DNA of 64,000 nt, taken from contig JAPOXV010000026.1 of the NCBI GenBank assembly GCA_026706935.1, positions 27,721 through 91,720 on the forward strand, given 5' to 3'. The notes beneath the pieces are model-generated. The model saw only the letters and a program-made list of their open reading frames with translations. It searched no databases and was not told the origin of the DNA. This document shows positions 1 to 8,603 of this stretch, in pieces. The first letter of the stretch is position 1. The number at the start of each line of letters is the position of its first letter. A program made the translations under genes and the position numbers. The stretch comes from Gammaproteobacteria bacterium (GTDB lineage: Bacteria; Pseudomonadota; Gammaproteobacteria; Pseudomonadales; Azotimanducaceae).

Positions 1-719
1 CCGGCGCGCGCATCGTTTGTCCGTTGACGACCACGAGATGGCGCTTCCTTCTGTTTCGCGTATCGAGGCGCTTTTTCTGATGTCGCACGTTGCGGTTCGG
101 GCTTGGTAGCTTTCGCCGCTTTGGAAGCTTCAGCCGCTTTTAATTGTGCCTGTTCAGCCTCAAGTCGCTTCGCTTCCTCGTTCTCCCGCTTCCTTTGTTC
201 TTCCTCTTGCCGCGCTTGAATTCGCCGTTCTTTCTCTTCCTGGTCTCGCTGTTCTGCCTCTCGACGACGCGCCTGCTCTTCTCGGATTTGTGCAGCCTGA
301 CGTTTGAGTTCGCTCGTGGTATCTCTCGCTCGCGTAGTCTGCGAAGCGGTTCCTGTCGCCTGCTTCGTATCTACGATTGGCGTCGGCGTTGTTCGTCCTC
401 CACCTGTCTTGACGACTACCGTCGCAGTCCCGCTCGATCGACTTCCAGAATACAGTTGTCCTCGATTTACTCGAGAGCTAGCGTTTTGCTTTCGCTGAAT
501 TTGCTGCTCAGCAGTAGGTCTCGACGGTTGCGCTGTCTTGTGCACAGTCGGCGCGCTCTTTCCACCCCGAAAATGGGCACCAAGAGCTTTGATAGCGTCT
601 AGTTCAAGTTCTGAATCTGCGTCGGCACACTCAAAACCTAACGTCGTCGCGAGTTCGACAACTTCTTCGGGTGTTTTCTTGAAACTCGTCGCGACTTGTG
701 CAACGGTGCGAGTCGGCAT
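1..719 (-). CDS. infB: Translation initiation factor IF-2, N-terminal part (gene runs off the left edge)
   Basis: Missing from the ORF track because it is open at the window edge. My minus-strand translation from the ATG at 719-717 gives MPTRTVAQVATSFKKTPEEVVELATTLGF..., followed by a long Arg/Glu/Gln/Ala-rich linker typical of IF-2 N-termini. It lies 29 nt downstream of nusA, preceded by AAGGGGA, in the canonical rimP-nusA-infB order. Confidence 0.8.
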   Translation of the reverse strand, partial: MPTRTVAQVATSFKKTPEEVVELATTLGFECADADSELELDAIKALGAHFRGGKSAPTVHKTAQPSRPTAEQQIQRKQNASSRVNRGQLYSGSRSSGTATVVVKTGGGRTTPTPIVDTKQATGTASQTTRARDTTSELKRQAAQIREEQARRREAEQRDQEEKERRIQARQEEEQRKRENEEAKRLEAEQAQLKAAEASKAAKATKPEPQRATSEKAPRYAKQKEAPSRGRQRTNDARA

Positions 720-748
720 TTAGGCAGTTCCCCTTGCGTTCCTATCCT

Positions 749-2356
749 TCAAGCGTCGCTTACTTCCTCTTCTTCTTCGAACCAAGGTTTACGTGCAGTG
801 ACGATAAGGTCGCCAGCGCGTTTCTCGTCGATCGATTCATCAAGATCTAGCAGTTCGTCAATTGAGAGTTCAGCCAGATCGTCCATCGTGACGATGCCGT
901 TTGCCGCCAATTGACTTGCTAGCACGTCATCCATACCCGCCATGTAACGAAGATCGTCTGCAGGTACCGCTGTACCTTCTTTGGTCTCTCCCGTCAGTAC
1001 TTCATCAAGCAGAATATCGCCGGCACGATCGATGATTGCCTGCGCACTCTCGGCATCGAGCGTTTTTGAAGCGATGGTTAGATCTTCAGCGGTTGCTTCA
1101 CTGACTTGCTCCAAGTTCACATAGCCAGCGTCGAACAGATCTTTGGCCGTCTTGTTCTCGATTTCGAGCGAACTCACAAAACGAGTGACGGTGTAGTTCT
1201 CTTGACGTGCGATCTTCTCCTCATATTTCTCACGGCTAATGACCTTAAGTGTCCAACCCGTCAGCTCTGACGCAAGTCGAACGTTCATACCATGTTCGCC
1301 GATCGCGGACCCACTCTGGTGCTCCTCAACGACCAAATCCATTGCATGAGTTTCCTCATCAATCTCGATGCGTTGGATTTGGGCGGGCGCCATCGCGTTT
1401 AGGACCAATTCAGCCGGATCTTCCGACCACAGAAACACATCGATTTTCTCCCCGCAGATCTCACTTGAAATGCTCTGAATGCGGGAACCTTTGATACCGA
1501 CGCATGAACCGACCGCGTCGATCCGTTGGTCATTCGTACTTACCGCAACCTTCGCACGACGTCCCGGTGAACGCGCAACGCCTCGAATCTTGATCACGTC
1601 TTCGTGGACTTCTGGAATTTCTCGCTTGAAAAGCTCAATGAGCATGCCGTCATGAGTACGTGACAGAATGAGGTTTTGACCCCGATCTTCCGCGGTCACG
1701 TCTACTAGATATGCCTTGACCTGATCTTCCTTATGAAGGATTTCTCGTTTACCGTCCCCAATAGGAATCAGGTTTTCACGATCGAGTCGGCCTTCAGCCA
1801 GTTGTGGAAGCTCGAGGATGACCGAACGCGTCTCCTTGGTCTTATTGTTGATGAGAAAGCGTGACACCTTGCCCGTCACCAACTCACCGATCCGTGGTCG
1901 ATATTCAGCGACGATTCGTTCTCGTTCGGCGCGTCGGACCTCCTGGTTGATCACCTGCTTGGAAATCTGAGCAACAATTCGACCCATGTTGACGTTTTCG
2001 TGGGGTTCCTCCCACGTCTGTCCGATATCCAGTGCGGGATTCCGTTCTCGTGCTTGGTCAACTGTAAGGTGGACTTCAGGGTTGAACGGGATTCGTTCTT
2101 CTAGTTCCTCACCGTTTGTTTGGTCTTCAACCTGATAGAACGGCATATCTGCAGGATCCACGATATGCCAGATACGATAGGTCGATTGTTCGTCGTTTTC
2201 CCAATCGATAGCAACGCGGAACTCCTTATCCGTTCCGTGACGGCGCTTTGTCGCGACCGATAACGCCGATTCAATCGCATCGAATACGACGTTTTCCTGA
2301 ATGCCTTTTTCGTTCGCGATCGATTCGACCGCGCTTTTCACTTCTTTGAATCCCAT
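749..2356 (-). CDS. nusA: Transcription termination/antitermination factor NusA
   Basis: 535-aa ORF. The N-terminus MGFKEVKSAVESIANEKGI, the S1/KH-like central region and the acidic C-terminal duplicated helix-hairpin-helix region all fit NusA. It is flanked by rimP and infB. Confidence 0.95.
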   Translation of the reverse strand: MGFKEVKSAVESIANEKGIQENVVFDAIESALSVATKRRHGTDKEFRVAIDWENDEQSTYRIWHIVDPADMPFYQVEDQTNGEELEERIPFNPEVHLTVDQARERNPALDIGQTWEEPHENVNMGRIVAQISKQVINQEVRRAERERIVAEYRPRIGELVTGKVSRFLINNKTKETRSVILELPQLAEGRLDRENLIPIGDGKREILHKEDQVKAYLVDVTAEDRGQNLILSRTHDGMLIELFKREIPEVHEDVIKIRGVARSPGRRAKVAVSTNDQRIDAVGSCVGIKGSRIQSISSEICGEKIDVFLWSEDPAELVLNAMAPAQIQRIEIDEETHAMDLVVEEHQSGSAIGEHGMNVRLASELTGWTLKVISREKYEEKIARQENYTVTRFVSSLEIENKTAKDLFDAGYVNLEQVSEATAEDLTIASKTLDAESAQAIIDRAGDILLDEVLTGETKEGTAVPADDLRYMAGMDDVLASQLAANGIVTMDDLAELSIDELLDLDESIDEKRAGDLIVTARKPWFEEEEEVSDA

Positions 2357-2370
2357 GTTTCTCGTTTTGG

Positions 2371-2832
2371 CTATTCGAATACAGGAACCAATCGGGTACG
2401 TCGCACTTGCGAGAACGGGATGATCTTCAATTCGTCATCGACCATAACTGAGATCGACTCCTCGCTGCAATCCTGCAAGGTACCTCTCACGTGTCGCGTT
2501 CCATTAACGGGCAAATGCAATCGCACATCAACGCACTCGCCAACATTTCGCTGATAGTGATCATGCTTAAACAGTAAGCGATCCAAACCAGGCGAAGACA
2601 CCTCTAAGTCGTAGGTCCCAGCGATGCCGTCCTCGACTGCCAAAAGTGTGCCTAGCTGTTGACTCACCGTTTCACAATCCGCTACCGAAATGCCATTTGG
2701 TGCATCAATGTAGATGCATAGACGCCGATGGCGACCTGTTCCTGTCTGTTCAACTCCCCAAAGTTCAAAGCCGAGATGGTTAACTGTCGGTTTAACGAGT
2801 TTTTCTAGAAACGTTGTTCTTGGTTGCGCCAA
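2371..2832 (-). CDS. rimP: Ribosome maturation factor RimP
   Basis: 153-aa ORF (TTFLEKLVKPTVNHLGFELWGVEQ...) aligns by eye with the RimP N-terminus. It has a TTG start preceded by GAGGGA and lies immediately upstream of nusA. Confidence 0.9.
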   Translation of the reverse strand: MAQPRTTFLEKLVKPTVNHLGFELWGVEQTGTGRHRRLCIYIDAPNGISVADCETVSQQLGTLLAVEDGIAGTYDLEVSSPGLDRLLFKHDHYQRNVGECVDVRLHLPVNGTRHVRGTLQDCSEESISVMVDDELKIIPFSQVRRTRLVPVFE

Positions 2833-2964
2833 CGCTTTCCCTCGTAGTGTCGATGCGACATCCCATGCCCACTAACCTTACCCAGCGTTCAATCTGCAAA
2901 TAAGTACGGGATTAGGATCGTTATGACCTCACCTCCCGACCTTGCCGATGCGGGACGCGACTAA

Positions 2965-3003
2965 AACGATCCGCGGATCGTTGCGCGAACATGTCTGCGC
3001 AAC
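2965..3003 (-). promoter_or_regulatory. Two overlapping, mutually exclusive hairpins in the rimP-nusA-infB leader (attenuator/terminator-like)
   Basis: A perfect 18-nt palindrome aacgatccgcggatcgtt lies at 2965-2982 and is followed on the minus strand by a short T tract. A 7-bp stem gttgcgc/gcgcaac at 2980-2986/2997-3003 shares bases with it. Confidence 0.35.
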
Positions 3004-3320
3004 AATCGTCGCGATCACTCGCGACTGTCGGATTTCAGATCGAGCGTTAGGCTTCCATCAAGCGGATCGGAAGCACTCAGTACCGAATCTCAGAGGCGAA
3101 AATTATATTTAAATCCCGCAAAATGAATGAGTTATGGGCAACGCATTCGCTGCTTTGCGCTGTGTGTCCAATTGGGCGTAGCAAGCTCAAACTGAGAGAT
3201 TTAGCTTCTTTTCCCCGTACTTTGCATCGACGAAAACGCGATGACATTGACTCTCAAATGATTTGAGTTTCTCTTGTACTCTTATAGTTCTATGATGTAT
3301 GTTGTTTTCGATGAAAGAGA

Positions 3321-3629
3321 ATGCCGATGTTCATCGCAATGAATCGCTTTAAGATCACACTAGGTGCGGAGGATGGTTTTGAATCCGTATGGCGTGAGCG
3401 TGAGTCGTTCCTAGGAGAAGTTCCAGGTTTCCTAAAGTTCAATCTACTTCGAGGTCCTCAAAACGGTGACCATACACTCTATGCGTCGCACAGCGTCTGG
3501 GAATCCCGGGAAGCGTTTGAAGCATGGACACAATCGGAGAACTTTCGCAAAGCGCATGCACAGAGAAGTGCTCCTAAAGGAACATATCTAGGGCATCCAG
3601 AACTAGAGTTGTTCGAATCCGTCCTATGA
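3321..3629 (+). CDS. Antibiotic-biosynthesis-monooxygenase (ABM) domain protein
   Basis: 102-aa ORF with a ferredoxin-like ABM pattern (FIAMNRFKI..., FLKFNLLRG, HSVWESREAFEAW). Confidence 0.7.
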   Translation: MPMFIAMNRFKITLGAEDGFESVWRERESFLGEVPGFLKFNLLRGPQNGDHTLYASHSVWESREAFEAWTQSENFRKAHAQRSAPKGTYLGHPELELFESVL

Positions 3630-3821
3630 AGTAGAACTAATCGGTGGAAATGTCCGGCCAACTAAACCGGGTCGTTCACAGTCGCAACTCCATGAACCGA
3701 TATTTCACATTCTTGGACATACCGGCTCCTGCGTTACCGATACGAGCAAATCCGTAAACCGTCAAATCCAAGCTAACAACTCTGAAATTACCTGACATTC
3801 TCACGAGAGGAATCTAGAACG

Positions 3822-5003
3822 ATGAGCGTACTGTCCATTCCGACGCAGAAATCGGACCTTACGTCAGGCTGGTTGAACGCCGCACTTTTCAAAAAAGAAG
3901 GAGATTTCGACGGTCCGATCCAAAACGTTGAAGTTGAAACGATTGGCACGGGTGTAGGACTGGTTGGAGGTCTTTACAGATGCAGTTTGCGATACGAATC
4001 AGGCGTTGAATCCGAACCATCCAGTGTCGTTGTAAAGATTCGTTCTGACGATCCAAAGAGTCTGAAAGTCGCGAAGACGTTTCTGCTGTACCAGAAGGAA
4101 GTGGCGTTCTACCGCGACGTTGCGCCATCGACGCCCATATCGGTTCCGAAATTGCACCATTGTGCTTTCGACCCAAGCAGTCACGACTTCGTGTTAGTGC
4201 TTGAAGACCTCGACCGGTTGGAGGCGCCCAACCAGTTAACCGGCGGTAGTGAAGACCAAGGCAGAATCGCAATTCGGCATGCAGCGCGATTGCATGCACG
4301 GTTTTGGAATAAGGTCAACGAACCGCCGCTGAAGGATTACTTTTCACTCGTCGCGCCAAGTTTCACGGTGAAGATCCACATCGGATTTCACAATAGTGTT
4401 GCGAAAGTACTCGACGTATTCGATCAAGAGCTTTCTCCCGTCGCGAAGGACCTCATCAAGGCTTTCGGAGACAATCTCGCAGGTCACTATCACGAGATGG
4501 CTCAAGGTCCAAGGACATTGACTCACGGCGATTACCGCCTCGACAATATGTTCTTCGGGTATGGCGACGACCCGGAGCTGGTCGTTATTGATTGGCAGAC
4601 CAATGGAATAGGCGTCGGTATGGCTGATGTCGCATATTTCATGGCGGGGAGCCTGGATCCTAGCGTGCGTCAATCAATTGAACGGGATGCAATCGCCGAC
4701 TACCATGAGATTACATCCTCCGATGGAGGTGGGTCCTGGAGTCTAGACGAATGTTGGCGAACCTATCGTCACGCTTTCGTTGCTGCAATGACAGTTCCCG
4801 TGATCGCTGCCGGGGAGCTTTCCCTCGACAACGAGCGGGCGTTCGAGCTAGTCCAAACGGGAATTCGACGTATGAACGCAGCGTTGGAGCAACTCGATGT
4901 CAAAGAATTCATGCCGCAACGAAAATCGGTTTTTACCCCCTCTGGTTTCCAGTCTGCGCTTGCGAACCAAATGTCCCGATTTGTACCCACGGGTAACCCT
5001 TAA
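3822..5003 (+). CDS. Aminoglycoside-phosphotransferase/ecdysteroid-kinase-like (APH/EcKL) phosphotransferase
   Basis: 393-aa ORF with the catalytic-loop motif HGDYRLDNMFF followed by VIDWQ, typical of the APH/choline-kinase fold. Confidence 0.65.
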   Translation: MSVLSIPTQKSDLTSGWLNAALFKKEGDFDGPIQNVEVETIGTGVGLVGGLYRCSLRYESGVESEPSSVVVKIRSDDPKSLKVAKTFLLYQKEVAFYRDVAPSTPISVPKLHHCAFDPSSHDFVLVLEDLDRLEAPNQLTGGSEDQGRIAIRHAARLHARFWNKVNEPPLKDYFSLVAPSFTVKIHIGFHNSVAKVLDVFDQELSPVAKDLIKAFGDNLAGHYHEMAQGPRTLTHGDYRLDNMFFGYGDDPELVVIDWQTNGIGVGMADVAYFMAGSLDPSVRQSIERDAIADYHEITSSDGGGSWSLDECWRTYRHAFVAAMTVPVIAAGELSLDNERAFELVQTGIRRMNAALEQLDVKEFMPQRKSVFTPSGFQSALANQMSRFVPTGNP

Positions 5004-5024
5004 TGCGTCCACGACGTCGGCAAT

Positions 5025-5684
5025 ATGACAACTCAAGCCGACCATTGGAGTTTCAAAATGAGAAGGCACGTTGATTCTCATCTAACCGCTATTGATCGGT
5101 ACGTTCACCTTATTGAACGAGACGGTAAATCCGCAGCTACCGTCCAACTGTCTCGCCATTTCGATGTAAACCGCCAGACGCTTTGGAATGCGATAACTTC
5201 GCAAGAAGAGATCTCAAAGTGGTTCGCGTCGGTTTCCGGAGACTTTAAAGTTGGCGGTTCTTATGCGATAGAAAACAACGCGAGTGGTGTTATAACGCTG
5301 TGTGAACCAATTACCCACGTTGCCTTAACGTGGGAATTCGCTGGCGATGTCAGTTGGGTTGATGTCCGCTTAAACAACGGCTCTCATTCGGGTGTGTCGT
5401 TTGACCTTTGCCACACATCACTACTTTCGCCGCACTGGGATCAATACGGTGCCGGTGCTACGGGAGTTGGTTGGGAACTGAGTTACTTTGGACTCTACCA
5501 ATACTTGGTGCACCCCAACGAAGCGAAACTCGATGAAGAAGCGTTCGCTGCTTCCACCGCCGGTAAACACTTGATTCGCAGTAGTAGTCAAGGGTGGGCA
5601 GAAGCGTCCATTCTGGCTGGTACGACAGCGGAAACTGCCCTGGGTGCCGCGGAACGGACGACCTCGTTTTACCTAGGCGTTTGA
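5025..5684 (+). CDS. SRPBCC (Aha1/START-like) domain protein
   Basis: 219-aa ORF. The segment VQLSRHFDVNRQTLWNAITSQEEISKWF resembles Aha1-type SRPBCC proteins. The start codon is uncertain. Confidence 0.55.
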   Translation: MTTQADHWSFKMRRHVDSHLTAIDRYVHLIERDGKSAATVQLSRHFDVNRQTLWNAITSQEEISKWFASVSGDFKVGGSYAIENNASGVITLCEPITHVALTWEFAGDVSWVDVRLNNGSHSGVSFDLCHTSLLSPHWDQYGAGATGVGWELSYFGLYQYLVHPNEAKLDEEAFAASTAGKHLIRSSSQGWAEASILAGTTAETALGAAERTTSFYLGV

Positions 5685-6011
5685 CACGGGATCTATCGGC
5701 ACCAAGCATACGAGCCGATACTTATCGAAAAACGTCCAGCTAAACACTCACCTTCGTAGCGTTGGCACCGCGTGAACGACCTCGTTTGGATCCATACGTA
5801 GTCGCTGTCGCATCGCACACTGGCTCACTCAATTCAGCGGTAGCGCTATTAGCCGTCGAATCGACATCCGTTCGGTCTATCAATCGATCATGCGTTTATC
5901 CGTGATTGATCAACTAAACGAGTAATATCACATTTGACTCAGAAAACATAAAATATTCTATTAATAGAGCGTAACAAATCGTAAAGATCTGTTAATGGAA
6001 CACAATTAGCA

Positions 6012-6350
6012 ATGACCAAACTCGCAAATCGAAGTTACTCCCGCTATGCTCGTGATGCAGCCAAGCTTCTTGGCTTGATGGTCCGAAGTGCTCGTATCGA
6101 GCGTGGTTTTACGATTGCTGATGTCGCAGAACGTGCAGGTATATCACGAGGTCTCGTACATCGCATCGAAAACGGCGAAATGGGTTCTTCCATCGGCGCG
6201 GCCTTCGAGCTGGCCGCCATCGTCGGTCTGCGACTGTTTGAAGCCGAACATTCAACCCTGGCACACCAATTAGCCATGGAACATAAGAAACTGTCCCTTT
6301 TACCACATTCGGTCCGCACAGGAACGACCAAGGTGATAGATGACTTCTAG
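6012..6350 (+). CDS. hipB: XRE-family HTH antitoxin HipB
   Basis: 112-aa ORF with an HTH (FTIADVAERAGISRGLVHRIENGE). It overlaps the downstream hipA start by 11 nt. Confidence 0.8.
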   Translation: MTKLANRSYSRYARDAAKLLGLMVRSARIERGFTIADVAERAGISRGLVHRIENGEMGSSIGAAFELAAIVGLRLFEAEHSTLAHQLAMEHKKLSLLPHSVRTGTTKVIDDF

Positions 6351-7620
6351 TCCTCCTGAAGAAAGAAGACCCGAAGAAGCATACGTTTGGATCTGGTTAC
6401 CTCGCACGACAACGCCAGTGGTCGCAGGGCGCATTGTGCGCGATGGCGACCGGCTAGTCTTCAACTACGGTCGAAGTTACCTCGATCGAAAGGACCGCAT
6501 TCCAATCTACGAGCCAGAGTTGCCACTTCGCAGCGGAGTGATTACGCCTCATGCGGGCCTCAATATGGCGAGTTGCCTACGCGACGCCGCACCCGATGCC
6601 TGGGGGCGACGCGTAATTCTCAATCGAAGTTTTGGTCGCGAGGGGAAGAATTTCGATATCACGTCGCTTGATGAACTGAGCTATTTATTAGAGTCTGGTT
6701 CCGACCGAATCGGCGCAATAGACTTCCAACGCTCACCATACGAATACGAAGCACGTGATGAGCTAACTGCTACACTGGAAGAATTGCAGAGCGCCTCGGA
6801 AAGAGTCGAAAGAGGCTTATCACTTCCGCCTAACCTCGAGCACGCTCTGCTCCACGCCACATCAATCGGTGGCGCGCGTCCGAAAGCAATGATCCGAAAT
6901 GGCGATGCGAAGATGATCGCCAAGTTTTCTTCGACTACCGACACGTTCAACGTAGTGAAAGCAGAATATGTTGCGATGCGCCTCGCCGAGGTAGCCGGGC
7001 TCAACGTCGCGTCCGTGCGTTTAACACAAGCCGCCGGTAAGGACGTATTGCTAATAGAGCGCTTCGACCGTATTAGGACGCAAGATGGCTGGACGCGTAA
7101 AGCGATGGTATCCGCCCTTACGTTGTTCGGCCTCGATGAGGTGATGGCGCGTTACGCTAGCTATGAAGACCTTGCGGAAATCATCCGACACCGCTTCACG
7201 TCACCGCGAGAAACGCTACACGAGCTTTATGAGCGCCTGGTTTTTAACGTCCTTTGCGGCAATACCGATGATCACGCTCGCAACCATGCAGCCTTCTGGG
7301 ATGGCGAGAACCTAACCTTAACGCCCGCCTATGACATCTGTCCTCAAGACCGCTCCGGGAATGTGGCGAGTCAGGCAATGCTCATCATCGGGAACAATCG
7401 GACAAGCACGCTTGCTGCCTGTCTGCAAGCAGCGCCCAATTTCCAGCTTAACAGCGCCGGCGCGAAAGCCATCATCGCACAGCAAATCAGCACCATCCGA
7501 GACAATTGGGAAGGAATCTGCGATGAAGCTGCATTGAGCGACGTTGAACGCGGCTTACTAGATCAACGCATCTTTTTGAATGACTATATCTTTCACGGAA
7601 CAGAAGACGTTCGATGGTGA
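6340..7620 (+). CDS. hipA: HipA-family serine/threonine kinase toxin
   Basis: 426-aa ORF with the HipA catalytic motif NTDDHARNHA and the GGARPK motif, paired with an upstream HTH gene. Confidence 0.85.
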   Translation: MTSSPPEERRPEEAYVWIWLPRTTTPVVAGRIVRDGDRLVFNYGRSYLDRKDRIPIYEPELPLRSGVITPHAGLNMASCLRDAAPDAWGRRVILNRSFGREGKNFDITSLDELSYLLESGSDRIGAIDFQRSPYEYEARDELTATLEELQSASERVERGLSLPPNLEHALLHATSIGGARPKAMIRNGDAKMIAKFSSTTDTFNVVKAEYVAMRLAEVAGLNVASVRLTQAAGKDVLLIERFDRIRTQDGWTRKAMVSALTLFGLDEVMARYASYEDLAEIIRHRFTSPRETLHELYERLVFNVLCGNTDDHARNHAAFWDGENLTLTPAYDICPQDRSGNVASQAMLIIGNNRTSTLAACLQAAPNFQLNSAGAKAIIAQQISTIRDNWEGICDEAALSDVERGLLDQRIFLNDYIFHGTEDVRW

Positions 7621-7869
7621 TCGACAGAAGACCCGCCTGAGACGGAACGCCCAAACGATTAGATCGCGATGATACGAGAAAAGGATTCGATCCGATCGGT
7701 TGACCTCTAAGTATCAAAAAGCCTCGCACGTCTGTCGATCAACGATCAAACGCTCAACGAAGCTGCACTTAATTGATTTGGAGTGGAGGTAAACCGCTTA
7801 TCCAATTGATAAGCACTGGGCTCAGAAATGGGAAGACCGGCATACCCGTTAAGGTGCTGCCGGTCTTGA

Positions 7870-7946
7870 TGGTTGCGGGGGTAGGATTTGAACCTACGAC
7901 CTCTGGGTTATGAGCCCAACAAGCTACCAGACTGCTCCACCCCGCA
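7870..7946 (-). tRNA. metY: tRNA-Met (CAU), initiator-like
   Basis: The reverse complement reads UGCGGGGUGGAGCAGUCUGGUAGCUUGUUGGGCUCAUAACCCAGAGGUCGUAGGUUCAAAUCCUACCCCCGCAACCA. It is nearly collinear with E. coli tRNA-fMet, including the three G-C pairs closing the anticodon stem. The CCA end is encoded. Confidence 0.9.
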
Positions 7947-8048
7947 TCTTCCTAAATTATATTTTCGGTCTATTTCATACCCGTCGTTTTTGAATGAATG
8001 TCGACGAAGACTTTCGCACCTCTAATTCTTTGATTTAACTAATAAATT

Positions 8049-8134
8049 TGGTGCCGAAGAGAGGATTTGAACCTCCACGGGCATAGCCCACTGCCCCCTC
8101 AAGACAGCGTGTCTACCAGTTCCACCACTTCGGC
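8049..8134 (-). tRNA. leuU: tRNA-Leu (GAG)
   Basis: 86-nt class II tRNA on the minus strand. The acceptor stem is gccgaag/cttcggc, the anticodon stem-loop is cugucUUGAGGGggcag (anticodon GAG), and CCA is encoded. Its position downstream of secG matches E. coli secG-leuU. Confidence 0.9.
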
Positions 8135-8145
8135 GAAATACTCTT

Positions 8146-8601
8146 TTATTGAGGAACTTCCTCCTCCGGTATGTCAGATGACCCTTCACCTTCAGCCGTA
8201 GCATCAACGTCCGGCTCGGGGGCCGTAAGTATAGGAAGTTCATCGCCCTCCAATACTGTCGAGTCATCGACGCTTGAATCGACACCCACATCCGGGATTT
8301 CTTGTTCAATTGCTGTTGCAGGAGTTTCCTCCCTGAACTCAAACCCACTTAACCGATCAGCGCGTTGTTTCGCCGTATAGGCCAGGGCGAACGTGATCAC
8401 GAAAAACAACACTGCAAGAATGGTTGTAACTTTTACTAGAAAAGAAGAACCACCAGTAGGTCCGAACATCGCACCGGCGCTACCACTGCCAAACGCAGCA
8501 CCCACATCCGCACCTTTGCTTTGTTGGATTAAAACCAAACCGATCAAAGCGAGTGCGTCAACGATGAGCAATATAAGAAGAACGGTCTCGACTGTACCCA
8601 T
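8146..8601 (-). CDS. secG: Preprotein translocase subunit SecG with an acidic C-terminal extension
   Basis: MGTVETVLLILLIVDALALIGLVLIQQSKGADVGAAFGSG matches the SecG core. I prefer the ATG at 8601, 2 nt after the tpiA stop, over the longer track ORF that starts at 8625. Confidence 0.9.
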   Translation of the reverse strand: MGTVETVLLILLIVDALALIGLVLIQQSKGADVGAAFGSGSAGAMFGPTGGSSFLVKVTTILAVLFFVITFALAYTAKQRADRLSGFEFREETPATAIEQEIPDVGVDSSVDDSTVLEGDELPILTAPEPDVDATAEGEGSSDIPEEEVPQ

Positions 8602-8603
8602 AA

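Larger units (their letters stand above)
3321..7869. mobile_element. Accessory insertion between tRNA-Met (metY-like) and rimP; boundaries approximate, no integrase
   Basis: In E. coli metY directly precedes rimP-nusA-infB. Here five opposite-strand accessory genes, including hipBA, lie between the 3' end of the tRNA and the rimP leader. Confidence 0.45.

Noticed and set aside
144-914. Plus-strand ORFs (144..602, 304..498, 538..723, 696..914) with Ser/Leu/Arg-rich translations
   Set aside because: They lie antisense to the low-complexity N-terminal region of infB and the 3' end of nusA. Their biased composition is the mirror image of the Glu/Arg/Ala-rich IF-2 linker, so they are shadow ORFs.
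2905-2930. Partial similarity (cggg.ttaggat...gacctc) to the 3' half of the tRNA-Met gene, which could be an att remnant for the hipBA insertion
   Set aside because: Only two short blocks match, with gaps. This is too weak to separate from chance without a proper alignment or comparison genomes.
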